A program made the translations under genes and the position numbers. The notes below the pieces were generated by a model, which saw only the letters and a program-made list of their open reading frames with translations, ran no database searches and was not told the DNA's origin. A stretch of DNA of 64,000 nt from positions 11,756 to 75,755 of the forward strand of contig JAUCBJ010009036.1 in assembly GCA_032718475.1 (NCBI GenBank). Direction: 5' to 3'. Below are positions 51,930 to 63,709 of the stretch, piece after piece. Position 1 is the stretch's first letter. The number at the start of each line of letters is the position of its first letter. The stretch is from Nemertoderma westbladi (taxonomy: Eukaryota > Animalia > Xenacoelomorpha).

Positions 51930-53562
51930 TAAAACGTCTGTCCTTATCTGATCTGATCTGATCTGACGGTATCTGATCCTACAACCAATCAGGAGAAAGA
52001 TATATAATATTTACCTAACTGTCTGTTAGGTAAATAGCCAATAGCTGAATAGGGGATCACGTTTCACGTTGCCTGTTTATTTATCAGTATTATCATATGA
52101 CGTGGCAGTACAGGCATACCGGTATGCATCTAATGCACAAAGGCATATTATTATATATTAAAAATGCGATATAGGATGAAAGATGGCAGGATTGTCCCAG
52201 CAAAGATGGATAGTTTCAGATGTAAACAACTTTCGTAGATTTAGTTGGTGTTGAAACATTAAACATTTATTAAAAACAATACAGCCTTTGCTGCAATATT
52301 TTCGTAAATCTTTCTTGTTAACCCTATTACCTTACCACTGGGGTGTTTTGACCATTAGCACCATTGGGGGGGGGGGGGGGGGGGATTCGGCCCACCCACT
52401 TTATTTTTGTAATCGTCCAATGAAATCCTACAAAATTTGGGCTGTTGGTGAAACAACTATAGATGAACACTCCCTACCAAACCTTAAAAAGTTAAAATTT
52501 CATAAGTAGGGACTCATAATTTTGATGAAAAATAAAGGTAATCGAATGTGATTATATTCCATTTCCAAAAATTGAAGTGGATGCTATTTTTCGTGCACCT
52601 AAGAAGTGGGTGTGGCACTTCAAATTTTGAAAAATTAGATATTCAGAAAATGCCCCTAATTTTTTACTTCAACGCATCTTTATAGGTTTTCTGGGCCGCT
52701 GAATCGATTGAAAGTAATATAGAAGCCTGAAGACTTAGAGGTTAGCCATTTTTTGAAATCAAAACTTTTTGAAAAAAGATAAATTTAATAAAAAATCGAC
52801 CGAAAAGTGAAATCCTGGTATTCTTTACATGGGCGAAGAATACCAGACTTTATGCCGTTATATTTCACTTTGCAGTTACCCCCATGTGAAGAATACCAGG
52901 TTTTCACCAAAAACACAGGTTACAGAACGGCTGAATATAACCAAAACAATAAACGAATTAGTATATTTACAGGTTATAAGACATAAATAAGCTCTATAAT
53001 ACACTCAATAAAGATAAATTAAAAAATAATTAAAATCTTCAAATATAAAATTCCAGTAAAAGTCGACTGAAAAGTGAAGTCCTGGTATTCTTCACATGGG
53101 CGGTATTCTTCACATGGACCGACACCAAAATTTGGCACCAGCCGCTAAAAACAAATTTAAGATTTCTAGCTTATTTTATTTGAATTCCTTTTAGTTCGTT
53201 TCAGTTAGTCTTTTAGTTAGTATCGTTAGTTTCAGAGCGAGAGGTGTTATATTGACCCCCCCCCCCGGATTTAAGGGGAATACCGGGGAAACTTCACATA
53301 CTGGTCGACAAGGGCAGAAAATCCAGTACTCATTTAGCTACCATTTAAGGGTGCAAGGCAGAGATGCCTCGCTAAACCCTTCAAAACATTCGTGCCGAAA
53401 CGAAAACTACCTTGGCCCCCACGCCGGGGTTGAACCCACAACCTCCGAGATATGTGAATTCAATATAACCACTACACCAAGGTGCGCTCTGAACCAAGGT
53501 GGAACAAGTGTCAGATACCGTCAGATCAGATCAGATCAGATCAGATAAGGACAGACGTTTTA
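51930..53562. mobile_element. Nested non-autonomous TIR element with (TCTGA)n in its TIRs
   Basis: taaaacgtctgtccttatctga.. / ..tcagataaggacagacgtttta; interrupts a Gly-rich repeat ORF. Confidence 0.8.
53415..53485 (-). pseudogene. Degenerate tRNA-like sequence, probable SINE head
   Basis: A-box TGGTGTAGTGGT and B-box GGTTCAACCC at tRNA spacing; weak acceptor and anticodon stems. Confidence 0.55.
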
Positions 53563-53643
53563 GCCATCCTAGCTGGAGGTTATGGTATTGTGTCTGGTTG
53601 TAGTGGAGTTGAAGTGATTGTGGTGGGTTATAATGGAGGTGAA

Positions 53644-54055
53644 GGGATTGTGACGGGTGGTAGTGATGGGATTGTGGCAGGTGGTAGTGATGGGATTGTG
53701 GCAGGTGGTAATGATGGGATTGTGGCAGGTGGTAGTGATGGGATTATGGCGGGTGGTAGTGATGGAATTGTGGCAGGTGGTAGTGATGGGATTGTGGCAG
53801 GTGGTAGTGATGGGATTATGGCGGGTGGTAGTGATGGGATTGTGGCAGGTGGTAGTGATGGGATTGTGGCAGGTGGTAGTGATGGGATTGTGGCAGGTGG
53901 AAGTGATGGGATTGTGGCAGGTGGTATTGATGGGATTATGGCGGGTGGTAGTGATGGGATTGTGGCAGGTGGTAGTGATGGGATTGTGGCAGGTGGTAGT
54001 GATAGGATTGTGGCAGGTGGTAGTGGATGTGATAGGATTGTGGCGAGTGGTAGTG
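53644..54055 (+). repeat. 24-bp tandem repeat (GIVAGGSD)n
   Basis: gggattgtggcaggtggtagtgat units. Confidence 0.93.
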
Positions 54056-54064
54056 GGGGGGAAT

Positions 54065-54428
54065 ATGGTTGATAGGAGTGGAGGTGGAAGAAAAATACGT
54101 CAGAAAATAACAGACCTCAAATATATAGAAAAACCGAATTCACGTTCTAGCACTAATCATAAACGAAAGGGCACGTTAGTTGAGAAGGCAAATGAGTTAG
54201 ATAGATTAACTCACACTGGAACTGATTTGCTTTTTTTTATCGTACCTGGAAAATAAAAAAAAATATAAGCTAACTGTCAAATCATCTACTCCAACAATTG
54301 ATTCTAACAAAGAACCCCGCTCAATTCTAGGTGCGATTAACATGGATGTTATTAATAACACTATGTTTGAGACGCAAGCAGATGCACTGAAGACCTTTAT
54401 GGAAGCTGGAAGCACAATGGTCCAATAA
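54065..54428 (+). pseudogene. Divergent SRF-like MADS-box coding segment, frameshifted near 54255
   Basis: KYIEKPNSRSSTNHKRKGTLVEKANELDRLTHTGTDLLFFIV vs SRF as recalled, EFIDNKLRRYTTFSKRKTGIMKKAYELSTLTGTQVLLLVA. Confidence 0.6.
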
Positions 54429-54891
54429 AATTGCTATTATGTAGGTAACATAACTGCTCCACTGATTTTATAATATTAAATTTTTTAGAGTTTGAAATAT
54501 CAGGAAAGCACGAAAACGAAATGCCTGATAAATTGCAACAAAATTCGATTACAAATTCGTCAACCATTTTAATAATTTCATCTAGGGGAGGAAAATATCG
54601 GTACAATCCATTTAAAGATGTGACAGTTTTATCTAAGGAGTCAATGATCTTATTACTAAAGCTGTCCATAGAATATGTGGCTGCTGAAAGTGATAATTTC
54701 CCATCCTGGTAACATCCTTTACAAATATAACTCGCCCGCGATTTTAGAGTCTTACTTTCTATTAAATGGCTAATTATCTTTTTATTAAATTTTCCATAAG
54801 TTTTTTCTGTTAATCGTATAAGTGATGCATTTGCGTCATCTTCGGCCTTACCACATGATCCACAAGATTTCTTATATAATGCCATCAGCAT
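54397..54891 (-). CDS. 164-aa ORF with CxxCG...ICxxC zinc motif; possible transposase N-terminal remnant
   Basis: KSCGSCG..YICKGCY spacing resembles Chapaev/Transib N-terminal or ZAD-type zinc domains; no DDE core seen. Confidence 0.4.
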   Translation of the reverse strand: MLMALYKKSCGSCGKAEDDANASLIRLTEKTYGKFNKKIISHLIESKTLKSRASYICKGCYQDGKLSLSAATYSMDSFSNKIIDSLDKTVTSLNGLYRYFPPLDEIIKMVDEFVIEFCCNLSGISFSCFPDISNSKKFNIIKSVEQLCYLHNSNFIGPLCFQLP

Positions 54892-55977
54892 TAATGAACA
54901 AAGTATAAATAAATAAATTAATAAAATTAATAAATTGCTCTTAAAAGGATATAGAGATAGGCTGAGTTGAGTAGCGAATGCTAAAACTGCATAGGATCTA
55001 CGGGGTCCCTCTCTACCTGCCTACAGTACAGCAGAGTACATATAGTGATACTGTAGATAAAAATTGTAATTTCCTATCAAAACTTACAGACTGAATACCG
55101 ATGATAGTGATGTAGTGATTAAGTTTTACACATTTACAAAGAGACAGAGCTGATGTAGCTGTATGGCTACTAGTAATTGTGTTTTCACACTGTTGTTTGC
55201 ATACAGCTTCCAATGTGGACTTAGGTAATCCGTAATCGTAGTCAATTCGTAGTCAATAACACTGCTATTTTAGGCAGTGCATGTTTCGGACTAGCAATTT
55301 ATAATGTCCAATATCTCGAAAACCCAACCATGAAACTCTACCGAATTTTGAATTTACCTCCAATATGTATCATATTTTCATCCAATGAAATAAAAATGGG
55401 GCCCTTCCTGCAGGAAGTGTATAAAAATTGTAATTTTATACAAAATTTAGGGTAAAACTGCCTAATATGGCAGTGCAATTTTCAAAGATGGCAGTGCGCC
55501 TGTGCTGCCATTTCGGGCATGTGTTCCCTACTGCCTATTTGGTCTGCGGACTTAGCAAGAAAGCTATGATTAATTAAAAAAATAAGTACTACAAAATAAA
55601 ATGACAATATTTACATTACTGTACAGCATTACTAACCTAAACTACTGTATACTTACTGCTACTGTATGCACCACATTTTCATCCGTAGTAAGCCGTACAG
55701 TAGTGACATCAAATTTAGAAAACCTCACTAAAAGTACAGGTAGTACTATTTATATGACAGTATGAGGTAGTAGGTATATTTCTGTATTTGGTATTATGTA
55801 TCAAAGTTATGACTGTATGATTAATTAAAAAATAGGTACTACAAAGTAAAATGGCAATAGGCCTATTTAGCCTAACCTAAACTACTGTATAATTAAGCTA
55901 ATTTTGAAACTACCCAAGTAAACTGAAAACAATTAAAAAAATAATGCCATTTAAATGGAAGTTCAGTCCAAAATTAA

Positions 55978-57150
55978 GGGTGTAAACGTTAAGCAGACAG
56001 TGGTGCAGTGCAGACAGTGGTGCAGACACCTGGTGCGGACAGTGGTGCAGACTGTGGTGCAGACTGTGGTGCAGACAGTGGTGCAGCGTGCAGACAGTGG
56101 TGCAGGCACTGGTGCAGACAGTGGTGGAGACAGTGGTGCAGACACAGGTGCAGACAGCAGACAGTGGTGCAGACAGTGATGCAGACAGTCAGACAGTGGT
56201 GCAGCGTGCAGACAGTGGTTCAGACACTGGTGCAGACACTGGTACAGACAGTGGTGCAGACACTGGTGCAGATAGTGGTGCAGACAGTGGTGCGGCAGAC
56301 ACTGGTGCAGACAGTGGTACAGACAGTAATGCAGACACTGGTGCAGACAGTCAGACAGTGGTGCAGACTGGTGCAGAAAGTGGTGCAGACAGTGGTGCAG
56401 ACACTGGTGCAGACAGTGGTGCAGACAGTGATGCAGACAGTGGTGCAGACTGGTGCAGACACTGGTGCAGACACTGGTGCAGACACTGGTGCAGACAGTG
56501 GTGCAGACACTGGTGCAGACAGTCAGACAGTGGTGCAGACAGTGCAGACTAACTACAGTAAGGTCTCAGGGATTGTTAGCAGGTTAGTCCGCGAGTATTC
56601 TTAGCCTGCGAGTATTCTTGGCCCTTGGGTATTCTTAGCCTCCAAAACAATAACGTTTATTGTTTTGGTTCCCCCAATACTCTTCTGAAACCTGCTCCTT
56701 TACTAAACTGCTCCTTTACTAACCTGCTCGCCCCTTTCAGCCTTTACTGTCTGCACCAGTGTCTGCACCACTGTCTACACCACTGGCTGCATCACTGTCT
56801 GCACCACTGTCTGCACCAGTGTCTGAACCACTGTCTGCACCAGTGTCTGGTCTGCACCACTGTCTACACCACTGTCTGCACCAGTGTCTGCACCACTGTC
56901 TGCACCAGGTGTCTGCACCACTGTCTGCAACACTGTCTGCACCACTGTCTGCATCACTGTCTGCACCACTGTCTGTATCAAAGCCTGCACAACTGTCTGC
57001 AACACTGTCTGCACCAGTGGCTGCACGACTGCACCACTGTCTGCACCAGGTGTCTGCACCACTGTCTGCATCACTGTCTGCACCACTGTCTGCACCACTG
57101 TCTGTACCTACTGTCTGCTCTGCACCAGTGTCCGCTTAACGTTTGCCCCC
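55978..57150. mobile_element. MULE/Foldback-type element whose arms are 12-bp tandem arrays
   Basis: Ends gggtgtaaacgttaagcagaca / tgtccgcttaacgtttgccccc; 9-bp TSD caaaattaa; (cagacagtggtg)n facing its reverse complement. Confidence 0.9.
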
Positions 57151-57536
57151 CAAAATTAATTAGTACAACGATGGACAGATTGATTAGTCTTACTGTCTTC
57201 TGGTCTTAGCTCAATCAGTCGATGTAATACTTGGAATAATTAGCAAAGTTTGGTCCTGGCTTCTGCAGTATCAATTGCAGAAGCCGAACCGAACCGAAAT
57301 TGCCAAACTTCGGCCCGAACCGAACCGAAGCCGAAGCTTCTGTTGAGCCCTAGGTCTGACTATTAGTTAGAGTTCAGATCGTAAGATAAATTAATAAAAA
57401 CTATACAAATGGCTAAAATCAACATTCTTAATCAAACGATTAAAAGTAATGACATTAGGTGCATTAACAACCTCATAAGGTAGATTGTTCCAAGTAATCA
57501 CAGTGCGTTGGGAAAATCTATTATTAGAAAGTAATA

Positions 57537-59318
57537 CTAGTACTACTAGGATCGGCATGCTGCATTGCAGCTGCATTTTTAAGAATGCTGTGCCGGCTTG
57601 TCAACAAAATTACACCGCCACAACTCCCTATCACCCATGACATTTGCTAGATCATCCGCATCTTTAAGGCCAGTGTCCTTTAAGATGCGTCTCAAGAAAG
57701 TCATGGGCTGTCCACCATGCTTATTCACTCCATGAGGCTGCCAAAGTACAAGATTATGCACTGGCTGGTCCTCACGGCGAAAGCAATGTCCTGCAAAGCG
57801 GAGGCGATTTTGTTCTAGTGTCAAGCTTGGGGGAACCAATGAGACACCTCCAATGTTATATAGTGTCTGGTTGGAGATGTGTGCATTGTACTTGACACAA
57901 TGTACCCGGCGTAGCATTCTTGTGAATGTGCCATCCAGAGATTTGGTGTCCTCAGCAGTTAGAGCCCAGCATGGACTCCCGTAGAGGAGTACTGGAACTA
58001 CTGCTGCTCTAAATAATCGGACCTTAAGTTTCCGATTAATTCTAGGTGACTTCCAAATCCTGGAAAGCCTATTCAAGGCTGCCCATGCCTTTCCCTTACG
58101 TATTCGAAGGTCCTCACCTGACTTCCGGATCCATGATCCCAGGTAACAGAAGTCGTCCACATGCTCAAGCATACCATCCTTTGAGCTTATGCTCATCCGA
58201 TCAGAGACTTGCTGAGGATTTTCAAAGTTAACTGTCAGAATTTTGGTCTTTCTGGAGTTAATAAAAAGACCAACACTAGAAGCAGCATGTTCTAATGAGC
58301 TGAGGAGCCGCTGGGCTCCCTCTAATGATTCTGAGAGTACTCCTAAGTCATCAGCAAAGTCTAGATCAGTTAGGTAATTGGCAGGATTTCCTCGACTTCT
58401 GGAGCCAGTAGGTGGACTTATCATCACCCCATCATCATTATGATGATCTAAGGACATGCGTAGAACATAGTCAACCACAATAATGAACAAGAATGGTGCA
58501 AGTGTGTCTCCTTGGAGGACGCCCCATAACACTTCAAATGGTTCTGTGTCACCGTCAACAGTAGACACAAATGTTGTCGAACCATCGTATACTGATCTGA
58601 TTGCTGCAATAATTTCATCAGGAATCCCATATAATGAAAGTATGCTGAACATACGTGAGCGAGAGACTGAATCAAAGGCCTTGAAGAAGTCAACAAAGAT
58701 AACAGTCAGATGCCTGTCTTTCTTTTTTGATAACTCTTCAATTATCCTTCTAAGTGCCAAAATGGGCTCCATGGTCCCACGACCTTTACGGAACCCATTC
58801 TGATTTCCACGTAGCAGTCTCTCAATGGGATCCCTGATGCGATTTAATAGAATTCTATTGTATAGTTTTGCAGCAATCGAGATCAATGAGATTCCCCGAA
58901 AAGAACCATAGAGTGTTAGGTTGCCCTTCTTGGGAACTGGCACCAACTTATTTGTTTTCATTTCTTGTGGGACTCTTGTTGTACGGTACATGTCTACTAT
59001 GATGGGATAGATGAGCTTTAAACACTCAGGTATTTTAAAGACCTCAGGGGGAACACCATCTACTCCACTGGCACGATTGGTCTTAATGCTCTTTGCAGCA
59101 GCCTTCACTTCTGCAAAGGAGATATCGCCAATGGGAATATCTGGGAGTACAGACTCAGACACTTTTACTTCTATAAAGTTATCAGGCAATACCCTGTCAT
59201 TATTGAGGAGCTTTTCAAAGTGGGCTTTCCAACCATTGAGGCGATCGGCTGGTGATTCAGCCTTAACCTTGGTGGTTGGTTGGCTTTTCCGCCCAGTAAG
59301 CAGATTGATCGATTTTCG
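57537..59318 (-). mobile_element. 5'-truncated RTE-group LINE inserted in the CR1 3' end; RT region open
   Basis: GVLQGDTLAPFLF, DLDFADD; (TAG)n tail; 14-bp TSD attagaaagtaata at 57523-57536 and 59319-59332. Confidence 0.93.
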
Positions 59319-61716
59319 ATTAGAAAGTAATAAACGACTTGCTCGTACATATAACTTGTAATTATGACCACGTAGTCCTTGTCGATGTACATATTCGAAA
59401 AAATCGCTAAAATTAAGGTCAACGTTACCGTGACAAATATTGTACACCATGCGTAAATCGAAGATAATACGCCTGGCTTGCAGTGGTTGTAGGTCCAGGT
59501 ATGAAAGCCTGTTCAAATAACTGTTATCTAGTGATGAAAGTTTGCACCTTTTAAATAGACGTCGCGTAAAGTAACGTTGGGCTCGTTCAACCATATTAAT
59601 ATTAGATATCTGATGGGGTGACCATACAACAGTGTTAAATTCTAGTAATGGTCGTACGTACGCTCTATAGGCTGTAAATATCGATTTAACATTAGACGTA
59701 TAAAAACACCTAAATATAATATTAATTACTTTATAAGCCTTAAGAACCTGTTCTTTACAATATTTGTTAAACCTCAAATCTCTACTTATAGTAACACAAC
59801 ACCTAAATCTTTACAGCTATTTTTAATTTTAAGGCAATTCCCGTTGAGAAAATATGCACCCTGCTCACGATTACCAATATGAAGAACATGGCATTTATTA
59901 GTGGCAACACGCAATTGCCACGTATTGCACCAGATTGACAAGGCATTTAAAGCATACTGAATATCATTATGCCTACTGTAGTCAGCATAAATTTTTAAAT
60001 CATCGGCAAATAATTTGCAGCTGACACGTGGTAAACATTGAGGCAGGTCGTTAATAAATATTAGGAACAAAACAGGGCCTATGACGCTGCCTTGTGGCGT
60101 ACCTGAAATAACGTCCACAGGGTCGGACAATTCTTTACCAACAAGAACACGGAAATTACGATTAGATAGAAATGCATTAAACCAAGCTAACAGGTTACCG
60201 GAAATTCCATAAGCAGCAAGTTTTTTCAGCAGTTTAGCATGGACAACTTTGTCAAAAGCCTTCTCAAAGTCAACGTAAATAACATCGACATCTTTACGTC
60301 TATCCAAAATCTTAAACCAGTCATTAGTGCACTCTAGTAAATGTGTTGAAGTTGATTTGCGTTTTAGAAAACCATGCTGCTGCTTAGAGATTAGTCGGTT
60401 ATTTAACAAGTAAAAAAGAAGTTCATTATTTATGACCTTTTCCATTACTTTGCAGGCGATACAGGTTAAAGAAATTGGTCTGTAATTATATGGATTAGAA
60501 GGATCTTCCTTCTTAAACATGGGAACAACAATAGCGGTACACCAAACAGAAGGTAGCGCGTGCAAAATGAAGGATAACTCAAAAATAACGGACAAAGGCG
60601 ACGCTAGTTGACAAGCCAAGTTTCGGTACAAATAACTAGGTAAACCATCAGGCGTGTTACCAGTCTTACGCGGTAAATCACATAAAACCTTAAATACAAC
60701 ATTTGGAGTAAAGTGCACATCATTCAGATAGGTATGGGGTGGCACAACATTCTCAAAATCCGGTGTAGACTTGTTGTCCTCACAATAATTTTCTGAAAGA
60801 ACTTTGGAAAATACCTTTGCTTTGGAAGTATCATCCACAATGACTTCACCGTTAAATCTAAGAGGAGCTATACCGGATTTATAATTTCTTTTCGAATTCA
60901 CATACTTATCCACATATACACTACATTATACATACACATATACATTACACATACATATCCTCTACAGTAGAACATGAACTAAATACTTCAACCCAGTTTT
61001 GAGAATCCAAATAATTAGAAAAAGAAACATAATCACCGCCCTTAAAATCTACATATTGCAATGAGTCGTTTTCGAAAAATTGATAAGGGCCACATAAATT
61101 AAAAGTAACAGTGTTGTGATCACTAGTAGAGAATGGGTAATCAACTAAAACATTACTAACACACATAACTTCAGTGGTGAATACTAAGTCAAGGATATTG
61201 TTACCTCTGGTTGGCTCGTTGACTAGCTGGGTAAATCCAGCTTCATTAATACAGTTATAAAATAAATTATAAGTATCGTTATCAGGAAATGACATATCTT
61301 TCCAATTGAAATCGGGAAAATTAAAATCACCAATGCATATGGATGGGTAACTAACATCGGTAAGCGATGAAATACACTCACATAATAAGGTAATATCCTC
61401 AACTGAAGTGCTAGTAGGAGTTCGATAAATACAAATTAAACGTGTAGGTGCCTCCCCTAAAATATCAATAGCAACTACTTCACAATCTGCAAATTTGCTG
61501 TCTAAAAATATTTGGGTACATTTGAGAGATTTAAGCACCAATAAAGCGACACCACCTCCAATTGTATTTATTCGATCTTTTCTAAAAATATTATAGTGTT
61601 TTGCATATTTCTCAATCTCAATCATACCATCAGTAATGGTCTCACGTAACCAGGTCTCAGAGATTCCGATAATGTGATACTCGCATGATTCTAAAAATAA
61701 ATTAAGCTCAGGGAGC

Positions 61717-62519
61717 TAGGGCTCGATCGGAGTTGGGATTTGGCCGGAGCCGGAGCAGGAGCCGGAGTTGGACAATTTGGCCGGAGCCGGAGCAGGAGCC
61801 GGAGTTTTTCAAAAATTTTAAAAATTTAATTATTTAATTATTTATTTAAAAAAAATTAAAGTATGGTTACTGGGTTATCGTTCGCCAATCGCTCATAATC
61901 AATCATACTGTAGGTCTAATTAATTTCATAATTTATAGATTTACGAATTTTCAATTTAAAATTAAAGTAATTAATTTATCACGGACAGACGGCCTGACGC
62001 TGACGGCGACGGCCTGACGCTGGCGGCTAAAAATTACCAACAGTACCTAACTCACGAACTGTCTAACTGTGGTAGAGGTGTGTATTGTAGGTAGCCTACC
62101 GTAGGTGTACCAGTACTGCAGTACAGTATGCTGGCATGACAGCAGTAATTGGCTGCAGTGGTACAGTCTGACAGTGTACAATCCATAGCATTTACAATTT
62201 TTTAAAGTAGGGCCTATCTGTAACAGTCTGCTAGTCAGCCAACTGCTGAGCTGGCCAGTACCAGTACTGCAGTACAGTCAGTCAGTCATTGACTTTAAGT
62301 AAATACTGCAGTATTATCAGATTATACTTGATACCGGTATTGAAGCTGTACTACAGTACTTATAGTGTTAAATAATAGTTCAGATTAGAATATGAACGAA
62401 ATATAATACTTTATTAAAAAATTAACTCCGGCAATATTTTTACCGGAGCCGGAGCAGGAGCCGGAGGTGCCAAAATGGCCGGAGCCGGAGCCGGAGGCCG
62501 GAGCTCCGATCGAGCCCTA
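61717..62519. mobile_element. hAT MITE inserted in the CR1 endonuclease
   Basis: TIR tagggctcgatcggag; 8-bp TSD cagggagc; (CCGGAG)n subterminal repeats; removal restores GNKLP-ELNLFLE. Confidence 0.93.
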
Positions 62520-62672
62520 CAGGGAGCTTATTTCCTAAACTTCGACTATTCATAAGGTAACAATTAAGTAAAGTAGAATTATTATGATTTGGTTGAACCA
62601 TTGTAGGGGTAGAGTCACCACTCACAGTCTCAGAGGAGGCATTCCCATGACTCAAGCTAGCAGCTTCTCCCT

Positions 62673-63470
62673 CTACTGGTTTTCCGAGTCCGATAGACTT
62701 CGACTTCCTGCACCGGAAATCCCCACACCAGCAATAAGGTGATGATTGGTAGAGGAGGTGACCGGAGAAACAGTTGCACTGGAGGGAGGAGAAGTGGGAA
62801 CCGAAACACTGGCAGACAATGTCGCGTCGACTGAAGAGGTTCGCCGTCCCACCCGATTATGTGGGGATCGTTTCTGCAATGAGACATGATCCACAGCCGC
62901 TTTCCATTCCGCATCGGTCAGCTGGATGACTGATCGCCAAGCAATCTTCCCATTATCAAGTCGATTACGAAGGCAGTATGATTCAGTTCGTTGGTTGTAG
63001 ACTGTATATAGAGACGATGAGCTGTCCGCAGCGCGCGCTAAATAGGAATGGGCCCGTAAGATGTCGCGTTCCTTCCGAACGGCATCAGATAAACTGGGGC
63101 GGATAAACGTATGCCGAAACTCCGCTGATGAAGCGAGGGTGCGTCGCCCTGCTATAACCTTATCGCAATCCGCCACTGACGAGAGTACCACTTCAGTGAG
63201 ACCTGGAGATTTTGAGTATTGCGACTTTCTAAGCCGTCGTACACTGACGACGCCTACCGAGGAACATCCAAGGTGGTCTAGTAAACGATTAACTGCCAAT
63301 CGATCATTATTGGGGGATTCATCCAGTTTTTCGATAAAAACGGTGCGTTTAGAAACAAGATCTTCATTGTTTGATTGGATGGCTTTTATTACACAATGTT
63401 GGAGTTTGTCTTCGAAACTCAGTTTGTTTTCCAGTTGCTGGGAATTTAGAGATTTCTTACTTTTCTTAAG
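62673..63470 (-). CDS. CR1 ORF1-like protein, N-terminus missing
   Basis: Directly upstream of ORF2; VRRL..PGLTEVVL..LA...FRHTFIRPSLS...RKER pattern is typical of CR1/L2 ORF1. Confidence 0.7.
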   Translation of the reverse strand, partial: LKKSKKSLNSQQLENKLSFEDKLQHCVIKAIQSNNEDLVSKRTVFIEKLDESPNNDRLAVNRLLDHLGCSSVGVVSVRRLRKSQYSKSPGLTEVVLSSVADCDKVIAGRRTLASSAEFRHTFIRPSLSDAVRKERDILRAHSYLARAADSSSSLYTVYNQRTESYCLRNRLDNGKIAWRSVIQLTDAEWKAAVDHVSLQKRSPHNRVGRRTSSVDATLSASVSVPTSPPSSATVSPVTSSTNHHLIAGVGISGAGSRSLSDSENQ

Positions 63471-63709
63471 TTGCAGAGTTATGGTCATAAATTCGTATTT
63501 ACATCACTATACTCAGATACTGGCTGACTGGCAGTGGCAGACTGGTACTACCCTGTACAGGACCAGAGGACAGGCTGAACTGTCTAAACACACTGGCAGA
63601 TTGGTGCTTAGATCGTGGCTTTTCCAGTTAACATTATTCCATTTTGTAGCCTATAAAACAAGTACCGGTAATAGCTACGTAATACATAACCAGTCAGTCC
63701 GACGAATCT

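Larger units (their letters stand above)
50559..55533. mobile_element. TIR DNA transposon with ~270-bp TIRs and 5-bp TSD (Transib/CMC-like, superfamily uncertain)
   Basis: cagtagggaacacatgcccg.. / ..cgggcatgtgttccctactg; TSD cctat at 50554-50558 and 55534-55538. Confidence 0.85.
50383..57352. mobile_element. Non-autonomous hAT element containing nested insertions
   Basis: TIRs tagggttcaacagaag / cttctgttgagcccta; 8-bp TSD ggtctgac; (CCGAA)n subterminal motifs. Confidence 0.92.
57391..63470 (-). mobile_element. CR1-group LINE (ORF1 plus disrupted APE-RT ORF2)
   Basis: ISETW, GDFNFP, SDH, PQGSVIGP, LFADD, YVRPLLEF..VWSP, LRGHNYKL, WNNLP; two insertions, a deletion near 60930 and a frameshift near 59786. 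Confidence 0.93.

Noticed and set aside
53415-53485. Functional tRNA gene
   Set aside because: Acceptor and anticodon stems pair poorly, and it lies inside a transposon.
55955-57209. VVQT / CLHH / SAPL repeat ORFs
   Set aside because: Translations of the 12-bp foldback arrays.
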